Under the pieces are notes generated by a model. That model saw only the letters and a list, made by a program, of their open reading frames with translations, did no database searches and had not been told where the DNA came from. Made by a program: the position numbers and the translations under genes. Positions 1 to 8,748 of a DNA stretch of 59,286 nt are shown here, in pieces (position 1 is the stretch's first letter; each line of letters begins with the position of its first letter). The DNA is from Sulfurimonas sp. MAG313 (GTDB lineage: Bacteria; Campylobacterota; Campylobacteria; Campylobacterales; Sulfurimonadaceae): contig JAEMVE010000164.1 in assembly GCA_029216045.1 (NCBI GenBank), positions 1 to 59,286 of the forward strand, read 5' to 3'.

Positions 1-683
1 TGATAGAAGATGTCCAAAAGACTCAAGCGGCGGGAATGAATGAGCATCTTAACAAACCCATAGATGTTGAAAAATTATATGCAACTCTTTTGAAATACAT
101 GCAAAAAAAGGCAGATATTATAGATGTGAAGGTTATAGTAGAGAGTGTAGAAATACCAAATTTTACACATATTGACACAGAACTAGGACTGCATCATTTA
201 GGAGGCAATAAAGAACTTTATGTGAAGATTTTACATAACTTTGCAAAGAATTATAAAGGTATTATATTAAAAGTATTGGAATATGAGGAGAGAGCAAGGG
301 TTTTACACACTATTAAAGGACTTAGTGCCAACCTTGGTGCAACGGTATTAAACATAATTATTAAAGAGCTTGAGTCCAGTAGTAGCAAAGATATTGAAGC
401 TCAGTTTTACAAAGAGCTTGGAGTAGTCACAGAAGAGATAGAGAGTCTCTTACCAGTAAAAGTAAATACAACACTGTCAAAATTAAGCACATCACAAGAA
501 GACAGACAAAATCTCTTTGCACAACTCAAAGATGCAGTCACACAAGAAAGACCACAACTTTGTGAATCTATCATCAAAGGTCTACAAAAGTGCTCTCTGT
601 CTGATATGGAAACTTTTTTACTTGACTCTATTTCTGAGAGTATTGATGAATTTGATTTCGAGAAGGCCTTAGAAAAGTTTTAG
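1..683 (+). CDS. C-terminal fragment of a hybrid sensor kinase/response-regulator protein: end of the receiver domain plus an Hpt phosphotransfer domain. The 5' end lies outside the window.
   Basis: Frame 3 is open from the window edge. IEDVQKTQAAGMNEHLNKPIDVEKL looks like the end of a REC domain. HTIKGLSANLGA fits the Hpt H-x-x-K-G phosphohistidine motif. Confidence 0.7.
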   Translation, partial: IEDVQKTQAAGMNEHLNKPIDVEKLYATLLKYMQKKADIIDVKVIVESVEIPNFTHIDTELGLHHLGGNKELYVKILHNFAKNYKGIILKVLEYEERARVLHTIKGLSANLGATVLNIIIKELESSSSKDIEAQFYKELGVVTEEIESLLPVKVNTTLSKLSTSQEDRQNLFAQLKDAVTQERPQLCESIIKGLQKCSLSDMETFLLDSISESIDEFDFEKALEKF

Positions 684-857
684 TAGGTGAAGCTAAAGAA
701 CCCAAATAGTTTGTATCTTTTACACTTAATACACATCTTTAAAAAATATTTTTGTGAGTGAGATATACTTTTTAGACTTAATTAAAAACTTTATACTACA
801 GAATACAAATAACTACTAAACACCAAATGTATAGCTTTTAGAAAAGGTTTAATTCTA

Positions 858-878
858 TTAAAGGCACCTCTAATAAAA
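858..878. repeat. Left copy of a ~21-bp imperfect inverted repeat (TTAAAGGCACCTCTAATAAAA) bracketing the Wadjet segment.
   Basis: The reverse complement of 8088-8108 (TTTAGGGCACCTCTAAAAACA) matches at 17 of 21 positions, with a perfect 11-bp core GGCACCTCTAA. The core is GC-rich for this AT-rich window. Confidence 0.4.
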
Positions 879-995
879 TCAAGAGATGTGAATCAAGCTT
901 AGAATTTCATTAGTCCAATTAAGCCAATCTAGGTCACCATTATCCCTTGCAATAAAGCCATCAAGGATTATTGCTATATAGATAACATCCTTCAT
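879..995 (-). pseudogene. 38-codon N-terminal relic of a RibD C-terminal / dihydrofolate-reductase-family gene.
   Basis: Minus-strand ATG at 995, TGA at 881-879. MKDVIYIAIILDGFIARDNGDLDWLN is the characteristic N-terminus of RibD_C/DHFR-family reductases, which are normally ~170-180 aa. The ORF stops immediately next to the 858-878 repeat. Confidence 0.45.
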
Positions 996-1011
996 TTATA
1001 GATGAAACCTT

Positions 1012-1665
1012 CTAAATTGAAATAGGTTCAATTTCGTCTCGTAATGAGCTTTCAAATATTTCTACTATCTCATTTTTATGTAAAGAGTTATCGTATAAGT
1101 CATGAAGGTATTCGTCTGTTTCTCTTAGAAAATGATTATCTGTCATCATTGTGTTAAATTCTTCTATATAAGGTTTAAATTTTTTATAAGCCTGGGCTTG
1201 AAACACCTTTTTAAATTCTTGGGCTAGGGGTCCTCTTGCATCTACTCCTAAAAGTGGGTCTAAAATATTTGGGGTATAGGCAAAGTTCCATGGTGCATTA
1301 AAACATAAAACATTTTTACTTCGTCCAAATATAGTACTGAGTTGATAATTTTTAAGATCTTTTGACTTTTTTAGTCCGCTTAATTCTTCCATCATTTTGG
1401 TGGGTGTTTGGGAATTTGAGGGATCTCTTTTAGCTTGTTCATTTCTCAGAACACGAGCATAAAATTCATAATACATCTGATTATGCGCTGCATCCTTTGA
1501 TCCTCTCATAAACAAAGGTTTATTATCCTTAAGCTTTTTCTTTAAGGCTTCCCATCCCATCTTAACTTTTTCATCTGAAATATAAATCGTTTGCTCTAAT
1601 CCAAATCTAAAAAATTCTTCTTTTGAAATATATCCAGGTATTAATGCTTCATAAGCGTCTCTCAA
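1012..1665 (-). CDS. Hypothetical protein, a possible fifth gene of the Wadjet operon.
   Basis: 217-codon ORF. The TTG start lies 3 nt after AGGAAG and 23 nt downstream of the jetD stop on the same strand. I recognise no family. The C-terminal RETDEYLH only loosely fits an R-x(4-6)-H HEPN-type string. Confidence 0.6.
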   Translation of the reverse strand: MRDAYEALIPGYISKEEFFRFGLEQTIYISDEKVKMGWEALKKKLKDNKPLFMRGSKDAAHNQMYYEFYARVLRNEQAKRDPSNSQTPTKMMEELSGLKKSKDLKNYQLSTIFGRSKNVLCFNAPWNFAYTPNILDPLLGVDARGPLAQEFKKVFQAQAYKKFKPYIEEFNTMMTDNHFLRETDEYLHDLYDNSLHKNEIVEIFESSLRDEIEPISI

Positions 1666-1688
1666 ATTTCTTCCTCATTTTTTTCATA

Positions 1689-2537
1689 TTATACTTGATT
1701 AATAAGGTATTCTTGATGTAAAGAGCGTTTCTTTTTATGTATTAGGTCGATAAAGTCTTGTAAGTACCTTTCTTTTGCTCTTAAGTTAGGGTACTTATGA
1801 TTGTGCATAAAATAATCATTTGAATTACCATGAGTTAATAAGTCTTTGATATTTTCAGGAATAAAAAATTTATATTTTTCATGCCTAAGTCTTGGAACAA
1901 TCTCATTTAAAAAGATATTAATTCCCGCTAGGTCAAAGTCTCCATAATGAAGGTACTCATTGACACAATTTTCTATAAATTTTCTAGCATATTTATTTCG
2001 CCAAACAAATATCTTTTTTCGTCCATCATTAAAAAGCTTCTTTTGTTTTTGTATATAAGTGATATTTTCAAAATTTTCTACTCCGACTATTAAAATATCA
2101 TCAGAGAACTCTAGCTGGGCATTATCATGAACAAAAAAAGAACTTTTATCGGTTGTATATAAAACCGTTTTTTGCCCATCAATTTTAATATTAATGCCCT
2201 CATAAGCAGCTAAGTATAATCCAGCTTGAACCTGAGTACTTAAACTTTTAGACCCACCACTAACTTCGGAAATATCTGCTCGTGTTCTATTTTTATTTTC
2301 AGATACTTGTATATAACTTTGTAAAGACCCTATGTCATAATTTTCTTCTAATAAAATGTTTAGTTTACTCTCACAAAGCAAGTTTATTTTACTTCTTTGT
2401 CCTTTATATACGATGTGTACAATGCCAAAGTCTTTTAACTCATTTAATAATTTTTTATTTTTAAATGCACTTCCATTAAGTGTCTTTTTGTCTACTAATT
2501 CAAGCAGTTTTTTTGCATAAGCAAGGGGATAACTCAT
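1689..2537 (-). CDS. jetD: Wadjet JetD / MksG-like Toprim-domain nuclease subunit (short form, 282 aa).
   Basis: IVGVENFEN (Toprim Glu) and HYGDFDLAGINIF (DxD) match the JetD C-terminal Toprim domain. The start overlaps the jetC stop by 4 nt. It is the last gene of an A-B-C-D order. Confidence 0.8.
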   Translation of the reverse strand: MSYPLAYAKKLLELVDKKTLNGSAFKNKKLLNELKDFGIVHIVYKGQRSKINLLCESKLNILLEENYDIGSLQSYIQVSENKNRTRADISEVSGGSKSLSTQVQAGLYLAAYEGINIKIDGQKTVLYTTDKSSFFVHDNAQLEFSDDILIVGVENFENITYIQKQKKLFNDGRKKIFVWRNKYARKFIENCVNEYLHYGDFDLAGINIFLNEIVPRLRHEKYKFFIPENIKDLLTHGNSNDYFMHNHKYPNLRAKERYLQDFIDLIHKKKRSLHQEYLINQV

Positions 2538-5500
2538 GACTGAGATACTAACTTTCTAACTATTGTTCTGTGTTTAGCATCGGTAGAAAGCATATATAAT
2601 CTTTTATACGTGGACACAAGTTTTTCATCAGGCGCACCGTTTATAAAACGAATTTGCTTATTGTTGGCGTAAGCTATAAGCTCTTTTAAATACGCAGGTG
2701 ATAAGATTCCTACCTCATCCAAGATACAATGAAAGTACACTGAAGCTTCTTTTTTAGACGATTGTTTTCGTGCAAGTGAAAGCATAGCAATGTTTACCAT
2801 AGCCTTGACCATCACATCCGTTCCATTAGAGCCAATGCCATCTAAAGAAGGCACAAACCCCGTATCATTTCCATTTTCTATGGCTCTAAATTCTAAGACA
2901 AAACTTTCATCAAGTGTTAATAAGTCTAATTTTTCTTCCCCTAAATGCAAGGATAATTCTTCTAAATGTTTTAAGGCCTTTTCATTAAAAGACTCATTAG
3001 TTTGTGAAGAAAAAAGATTAATCTCATTTCCATAAGGGTTTTGCTCTACTAAGTGTCCTATGGCCTTTAAAACATTAAGTAAAAGGTTATCCGATTCTTT
3101 GTATTTCAGCTCAATCCCTCGAATAACCTTTATTCCTTGTAGGTCTTGTAAGGTCTTATTTATACGTGACACAGTTTTAGAAATATCGCCCTCAGCCTTC
3201 ATAAGTTCACCTATTTCTGAACTTAGATGCCTAAGTGTCATAGTAAATTCTTTAGCAACTTGTTCTTTATACGTTTCTATCTTATTTTCAAGGACAAAGG
3301 TCTTTAAAGAATGGGCGGATTCTAGTATAGATGTATCCGTATCTGAACTTGGAGCATATAAGTTAAAGATATTGTTTTGACTCATAGAAGAAAAAGCCTT
3401 ATTCAGCTTCTTTCTTAACTTGTCTTTTGAAGAACTATGCTCAAAGCCAAGGTCACGAAGTTTATTAATGAGCTGCGAAACATTATCTTCATTGGCTTCT
3501 AGTTGAGAATGTTCTATAAAGCTACTTAACTCAGTATATAAAGAGGAGTCTTTAAAGGCAAGGTACTCTTTTAAATCTTTTTCAAGTCCCTTCACCTTAA
3601 TTAGGTAAGCGTCCCTTTCTTGACTTAAAGATGTTTTTTCTTTTTCATACCATTCTTTGAGTTGTTTACGTTCTTGTTCTTTTTCTTTAATTGTAAAAGA
3701 GAGTTTTTCTAATTCTTTTATTCGTATATCTAAAAATTCAAAAATACGTTTTTTATCTATCTTATATTCTGCAATGATCTCAGAAAAAGCTTCTATGTTG
3801 AATAGTTCTTCTTTTTTAACTTCAATATTTCCTTGATACTTCTTTAGTAAACTTGCATCTACTCCACCCTTCACTAAGGCATCGTCTTCTTCTTTTTTAA
3901 TTTCTTCAAACTGTTTATCACGTTCTGTCTTGATTTTATTTAGCTCTTTATTTTTATATTCTAAACGTTCTAACTTGGTATATTCTTGTTGTTCTTGCTG
4001 CTGAGAAAGCTCTTTTATAATAAGGCTTAACTCCTTGTTTAAATCTTCACGTAAAAGTATTTCTTCTTGTTTTAAGCTCGTATATAACTTATCTTTAAGC
4101 TCTCTCTCATGTCTAGCCTTTGAAAGTTCTTCATCTTTTTTCTTCGCAGCTAAATTTTGCACACTTTGTAAATGCTCCGCTAAAGAAAGACTTTGAGTTT
4201 CTAGCCTTGGTAATACTCGCACCAATTCATCTATTCGCGTGTTAATATTCCCTTGCTCACGTCTAAGCGCATTAATCTCATTTCTACTTGTATTTTCAAA
4301 TTCTTCATTTTCTATTTGGGCTTGGACATTCATCCTTTTTAAACGTTCTTCACTCGCCAATAAAGAAACCGTAATAGCACTTTCTTCATAGGCTTGGATA
4401 TCTAAAGAAGATGTATCTAAACATAAGCCTAAAAGACTCAACCTCTCTGATATAAAAGAAGGATTTAACTCTTGAGAATATAAGACTTCATCTTTTAATA
4501 AGGCCGAAAGAAGCCCTGTGTTTTCAAAAGAATGTTCTTTCATATATCCTAATACACAGGCTGAGTTTAAATCTTTTTTCTTTATGAGTTCTTGTATATT
4601 TGAGCGTAAGTTACGTGTCTCATTTTCATGTTTAAGCTGAAGGTTTTGAAGCTTATATTCTTTCGACTGCTCAGCTGAGAAAACCTGTTCCGCTACTTTT
4701 TGAAGCTCAGATTGAGAAAGTTGAAGCCTGGTCTTTTCCTCTTCAAAAGTTTTTGTTGCCTTGTAATATTCATTTTTGGCTTGTTCTATTTTTTCTTTAT
4801 CAAAACTTTTATTTTGTAGGATTTTTTCCGTAGAACTCGCGCTAAAGGCTTCTTCTTTCGCTCGTAAAAGGTTTCGTGTAAGACCTTGAAGTTTGAAATC
4901 GGCATCGACTCTATGCTTTGTAATTCTTTCATCTTTTTCTTTTAAATATATACTATGAAGCCTATTATATTCTTGCTCTATCTCTGTGATATCTCGAAGA
5001 AGTCTTTGTTCATTATCTTGAAAACTTTTATGTTCACGCTCACGCATATGTTCGAAACGCTCTGATAAAGAGCTTTGAGAGTCTAAGAGCTTACTGAGTT
5101 GAGATTCAAGGGTTATAAGGACCTCTTTTAATAAGGGTTTTTTATCCCAGAGTTCTAACTTATCTTTTATATTTAAACGTTCATATTCAGCCTGTTTAGC
5201 GCGAGCATCAGTAATTTCTTTTTCTAAAACACCCTGCTCTTTTAAAGACGCATCATGTTGGGCGTGATACTCTTGCTCTTGTTTCTGATGTTCTTTATCT
5301 AAAAGGTTCAGTTTATTACTAAGGGCTAAGCTTTTTTCTTTTAAAGAGTTTAGTGCCTTATCGCCTGTTTTAGTGTTAGCTCCTAAGGACTCGGCTAAGA
5401 AATGAAGTGTGATTGTTTGGTCTTCATATACCCCTAAACTTACTACCGCCTCATTAATCACAGAAGCATTTTTAGAAAATGAACTGATGTCATCATACTT

Positions 5501-5704
5501 CACCCTAAAATCACCTAAGTTTCTTCGCATATGGTTTAAATCAAGTGGCTCAAAACCAGAGATACTAGACACTAATGACTTTTTAATAGAACCTGAGTCC
5601 AGCTTAGAATTGATAAAAATATTAGACAAGGTTTTTGCAATTTGCTCATATTCTGTGTTTGCTGTAAAAAAGGAAAATTGTGAAAGCTTTTTTATCTTGA
5701 CCAT
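2534..5704 (-). CDS. jetC: Wadjet JetC / MksB-like SMC-family ATPase, C-terminal 1056-aa portion (coiled coil plus C-terminal head). It is separated from its Walker A segment by a frameshift.
   Basis: Very long heptad-rich, Glu/Lys/Leu-rich central region. The C-terminal head carries GIGSNGTDV (signature-like) and YFHCILDEVG (Walker B). It has no Walker A of its own. Confidence 0.8.
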   Translation of the reverse strand: MVKIKKLSQFSFFTANTEYEQIAKTLSNIFINSKLDSGSIKKSLVSSISGFEPLDLNHMRRNLGDFRVKYDDISSFSKNASVINEAVVSLGVYEDQTITLHFLAESLGANTKTGDKALNSLKEKSLALSNKLNLLDKEHQKQEQEYHAQHDASLKEQGVLEKEITDARAKQAEYERLNIKDKLELWDKKPLLKEVLITLESQLSKLLDSQSSLSERFEHMREREHKSFQDNEQRLLRDITEIEQEYNRLHSIYLKEKDERITKHRVDADFKLQGLTRNLLRAKEEAFSASSTEKILQNKSFDKEKIEQAKNEYYKATKTFEEEKTRLQLSQSELQKVAEQVFSAEQSKEYKLQNLQLKHENETRNLRSNIQELIKKKDLNSACVLGYMKEHSFENTGLLSALLKDEVLYSQELNPSFISERLSLLGLCLDTSSLDIQAYEESAITVSLLASEERLKRMNVQAQIENEEFENTSRNEINALRREQGNINTRIDELVRVLPRLETQSLSLAEHLQSVQNLAAKKKDEELSKARHERELKDKLYTSLKQEEILLREDLNKELSLIIKELSQQQEQQEYTKLERLEYKNKELNKIKTERDKQFEEIKKEEDDALVKGGVDASLLKKYQGNIEVKKEELFNIEAFSEIIAEYKIDKKRIFEFLDIRIKELEKLSFTIKEKEQERKQLKEWYEKEKTSLSQERDAYLIKVKGLEKDLKEYLAFKDSSLYTELSSFIEHSQLEANEDNVSQLINKLRDLGFEHSSSKDKLRKKLNKAFSSMSQNNIFNLYAPSSDTDTSILESAHSLKTFVLENKIETYKEQVAKEFTMTLRHLSSEIGELMKAEGDISKTVSRINKTLQDLQGIKVIRGIELKYKESDNLLLNVLKAIGHLVEQNPYGNEINLFSSQTNESFNEKALKHLEELSLHLGEEKLDLLTLDESFVLEFRAIENGNDTGFVPSLDGIGSNGTDVMVKAMVNIAMLSLARKQSSKKEASVYFHCILDEVGILSPAYLKELIAYANNKQIRFINGAPDEKLVSTYKRLYMLSTDAKHRTIVRKLVSQS

Positions 5705-6170
5705 ATAAAACAGACTTATATTCTTTGGGTGAATTCATTACGGGACTGAGTTCGTATTCTTTTTCAAGCAATCTTGTCCATAAGTCTTTGGGCTCAAGCG
5801 CAGAGTTTCCATCAAAAAACAGTTCTTTCATCTCTTCTTTGTTTCTTTCAATGGCAAAACGATACTTAACTCTCAGACCACCTGCCTTATACACAATGGC
5901 TAAAATTTCAGAATCTTGATTTTGGAACCTATACACAAGATACGAATTTATAGAGGCAAAATAATACTCTTCAAAACGTTTTTTCTTTCTTGATATACCT
6001 AAACTTTCAGAACGTCCTGCTCCATAAAAATACAATATTGAACGTAGGATAGTTGTTTTACCTGCGCCATTTCCACCTGAAAACAAGGTGTTAGCACCTA
6101 CATCTATTTGAGCAAAAGGAAGGGTTGCGGAATTAATAAAGGTGACTTCTTTAAGCTGATTCATGGGCAC
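5646..6170 (-). CDS. jetC: Wadjet JetC N-terminal head fragment (174 aa) carrying Walker A.
   Basis: FSGGNGAGKTT P-loop. This frame overlaps the 1056-aa frame by 59 nt. Removing one A from the A6 run (T6 on the plus strand, 5688-5693) joins ...VLYGQDKK to LSQFSFFTANTEYEQ. Confidence 0.8.
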   Translation of the reverse strand: MPMNQLKEVTFINSATLPFAQIDVGANTLFSGGNGAGKTTILRSILYFYGAGRSESLGISRKKKRFEEYYFASINSYLVYRFQNQDSEILAIVYKAGGLRVKYRFAIERNKEEMKELFFDGNSALEPKDLWTRLLEKEYELSPVMNSPKEYKSVLYGQDKKAFTIFLFYSKHRI

Positions 6171-6705
6171 TCACTTGTATGGCATTTAAAAATGTTTCTA
6201 TGTAATGATACGAAGATAAAACAATATATCGTTCTTCATGTTCATCTTCTAAAGCCATAAAACCACCTTTTTTAAATTTTTCAAAGACCTTAGAACATTG
6301 AGCATGTAAGGTCTGAGGTTTTGAAATATTCTTGAGTCTGTCAAGAGAGTTTTTTAAAACAGAGTTTGATGCTACCGCCTCAGAAAGTTCTCCCACTGTC
6401 GTTCTAAAGCCCACTCCAAAACTAGAAGAAAATTGAAGCATTAATTCCACTAAGTCAATATATTCTAAAATCATATGTAGTTTATCTTCTTTGGCCGAAA
6501 CAGATAGTTCTTTAGAAAAATAAAAATACCCATCCTCACGAATAAGATAAAAACCAAGATGTTCAAAAAAATCATAATGCGCGCCAAATTCTCTTTCGCA
6601 CGATTGGTACAAGTCTCTTTCAAGTCGTACAGGACTGTTCTCACATAAGAAGTTTCCACGTGAAAGGATTTCAAAGATCTCTTTAGATTGCTGAGGAAGG
6701 TTCAT
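6151..6705 (-). CDS. jetB: Wadjet JetB / MksE-like subunit.
   Basis: 184-aa acidic protein between the kleisin-like and SMC-like genes. It overlaps jetC by 20 nt and jetA by 23 nt. The call rests mainly on size, position and general MksE-like character. Confidence 0.6.
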   Translation of the reverse strand: MNLPQQSKEIFEILSRGNFLCENSPVRLERDLYQSCEREFGAHYDFFEHLGFYLIREDGYFYFSKELSVSAKEDKLHMILEYIDLVELMLQFSSSFGVGFRTTVGELSEAVASNSVLKNSLDRLKNISKPQTLHAQCSKVFEKFKKGGFMALEDEHEERYIVLSSYHYIETFLNAIQVSAHESA

Positions 6706-7906
6706 TTAGTTCCTTTATTGAAGTTTTTTTAGGAGTAATATAGAGGTATTCATAAGGCTCTGCCTTCATTCTTTTGTTTTCATCAAATTCATACTCACTC
6801 TCATACATAAGTGCTAACTGACAATATAAGGTAATTTTATCTTCTAAACTTTGTTCAAACTCAAAATCTTTTTCATTGATAAAAGAGAACAAGTCTTTGG
6901 ACAAGCCTAAAAACTCATCATGAAGGGATTGAATGTCTATCATGTAGGTTAATTGCTCTTCCGCCTCAAAAAAACTATCCTCAAGTTCTTCTGCCTTAGA
7001 CGCTAATACTTTCTTATCCACAATAATATGTTTCAGTTTAGAAACCATCTCACTAAAGCCAAATTCATATACTTCTTCTGTGTCTAACAGCGTGGATATA
7101 CGTTGTGGTTTTGACATAAACAAGGGAGTCGTTTCCATCTTTAAAAGTCTTAATATATTTGTCTTTTCTTTTATTTCAAGTGCAGATTTCATCTCTTTAA
7201 GCTTGATAATATGTTCAAAAAAGTGCTGTTTATGTAGGGTTTTATTGATATACTCAATGACTTGTTTTTGAAGTTCTATCAATGAAATACGTAATTCTCT
7301 AAGACGTACCTTTAAGCGAAGTGAGAGTAAGACACTCTCATGTGAGGATACCGTATTAAAAAAACCTTCTTCATGAGACAAGGAACTTTGAACCTTGCTT
7401 TCTATATTCATCAACTTATCAAGCTTTAGTTTATAATGTTCAAGTTCTAAAATCTTATTTTTATGCGAACTTTGTGTCTTATAGGTCAAGCCAATATGCA
7501 ATTGTAAAAGAGAAAGGTTCTTTAAAATCATATTTGGTATTTTTTTAAGTATACGTTTTATCTTAGCAAGGTAGCGTTCACGCGAATGTTCATTGTCTTT
7601 TTCATTTTGATACAGTTCTATATTGTATTTGAGGTTGATTAAAAGCTCATCCACATCACCAATCTCGACATCTTCATTGGTTTCAAGAAACTCTTCAAAA
7701 AAACTCAAAACTCTGTCATCAAGTTCGATGCAATCATCACTTTGTATTAATATTTCTGCATTTAAAAGATAGTCTAATTTATCTTCTGCAATCAGGCTGT
7801 TAACTTCATGCGTTCCAACAAGACGGTTTCGTTTTTCAAAAAGTGCTTCAAAAAGCTTTCTGTCTGTATATAAAACAGATAATAATTGTTTAATATCTAC
7901 TATCAA
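6683..7906 (-). CDS. jetA: Wadjet JetA / MksF-like kleisin-type subunit.
   Basis: 407-aa helical protein, first gene of the tightly coupled four-gene set. Assigned by position and size rather than by a diagnostic motif. Confidence 0.6.
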   Translation of the reverse strand: MIVDIKQLLSVLYTDRKLFEALFEKRNRLVGTHEVNSLIAEDKLDYLLNAEILIQSDDCIELDDRVLSFFEEFLETNEDVEIGDVDELLINLKYNIELYQNEKDNEHSRERYLAKIKRILKKIPNMILKNLSLLQLHIGLTYKTQSSHKNKILELEHYKLKLDKLMNIESKVQSSLSHEEGFFNTVSSHESVLLSLRLKVRLRELRISLIELQKQVIEYINKTLHKQHFFEHIIKLKEMKSALEIKEKTNILRLLKMETTPLFMSKPQRISTLLDTEEVYEFGFSEMVSKLKHIIVDKKVLASKAEELEDSFFEAEEQLTYMIDIQSLHDEFLGLSKDLFSFINEKDFEFEQSLEDKITLYCQLALMYESEYEFDENKRMKAEPYEYLYITPKKTSIKELNEPSSAI

Positions 7907-8087
7907 GAGAACCTTTTAAATAAAGAGAATTTCTAAAAACCCTATTTTTTTTATTATTTTAGCGAAGTGTGTTAAATATAAGGTAAATATTCACATAAGC
8001 TAAAAGAAAAGCCTTAATACTAGTTTTTTTTAGTTCCATATTCAAGTGAAACCCAAGCAAACTTAAAATTTAACAACCAATAATTAA

Positions 8088-8108
8088 TGTTTTTAGAGGT
8101 GCCCTAAA
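8088..8108. repeat. Right copy of the ~21-bp imperfect inverted repeat bracketing the Wadjet segment.
   Basis: TGTTTTTAGAGGTGCCCTAAA is the reverse complement partner of 858-878. A third copy of the 9-bp core GCACCTCTA lies at 8588-8596. Confidence 0.4.
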
Positions 8109-8154
8109 GGCTAACTCTAATCAAACTACTGATAAAATGTCGTAAAGGAACTTA

Positions 8155-8586
8155 ATGCAGAATATTTTAGACAATCTATCCAAACGACGTAAAATCATGT
8201 TTTATATTTTAGTGTGCATTACACTTATAGCCTTGATTATTGATTATACCTTTGATATACCCATTAGTTCGTACTTTGAAGAAAAAAACAATACGTATAT
8301 AATTGCTTTTTTACTTACTTATAAGGTTTTAGAACTTGGTATTTTATATCTTGTCTTTTATCGCCGTCATCTGTATAAACTTCTTCTTCAACCCCAAAGT
8401 GATGAACTTTTAAAAAAGTTTGAGAAAAATGGAAAAAGATTTTTCATGTTAGTACCACATGGTTCAACTATATTTGCAATAATTTCGTATAAGTTAAGTG
8501 CTAATATATTCATTTTCTTAAGCTTTATGCTTATTGCTAGTATTGCTCTATTTTTAGTTAAGCCGAGTAAACACAATGAAATATAG
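8155..8586 (+). CDS. Hypothetical integral membrane protein.
   Basis: 143-aa ORF with about four hydrophobic helices (e.g. IMFYILVCITLIALIIDY, IFIFLSFMLIASIALFLV). No family recognised. Confidence 0.55.
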   Translation: MQNILDNLSKRRKIMFYILVCITLIALIIDYTFDIPISSYFEEKNNTYIIAFLLTYKVLELGILYLVFYRRHLYKLLLQPQSDELLKKFEKNGKRFFMLVPHGSTIFAIISYKLSANIFIFLSFMLIASIALFLVKPSKHNEI

Positions 8587-8613
8587 TGCACCTCTAGCAC
8601 AACTTAGGTGTAG

Positions 8614-8634
8614 CTGTTAGGACCCAACTAACAG
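8614..8634 (+). terminator. Candidate Rho-independent terminator after the 143-aa gene.
   Basis: Perfect 7-bp stem CTGTTAG / CTAACAG with a 7-nt loop, followed by the T-rich ATATTATTTCTTTAAGTTTTT. Confidence 0.4.
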
Positions 8635-8748
8635 ATATTATTTCTTTAAGTTTTTATTAATCAAAAATATTAATTTAACTTCATGACATAAGCACAAAAG
8701 CAATGCTGTATTATTCTAAAAAAATTGGCTAATGCCTAAGGAGAGAAC

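Noticed and set aside
2282-5919. Five short ORFs from the track (2282-2464, 2790-3035, 3060-3380, 5409-5708, 5725-5919) on the plus strand.
   Set aside because: All are embedded antisense within jetD or jetC. They are Ser/Phe/Leu-rich low-complexity translations of the AT-rich opposite strand, with no ribosome-binding sites or motifs.
6471-6674. 67-aa minus-strand ORF in an alternative frame inside jetB.
   Set aside because: It lies fully within a longer, better-supported ORF on the same strand, and its composition is implausible.
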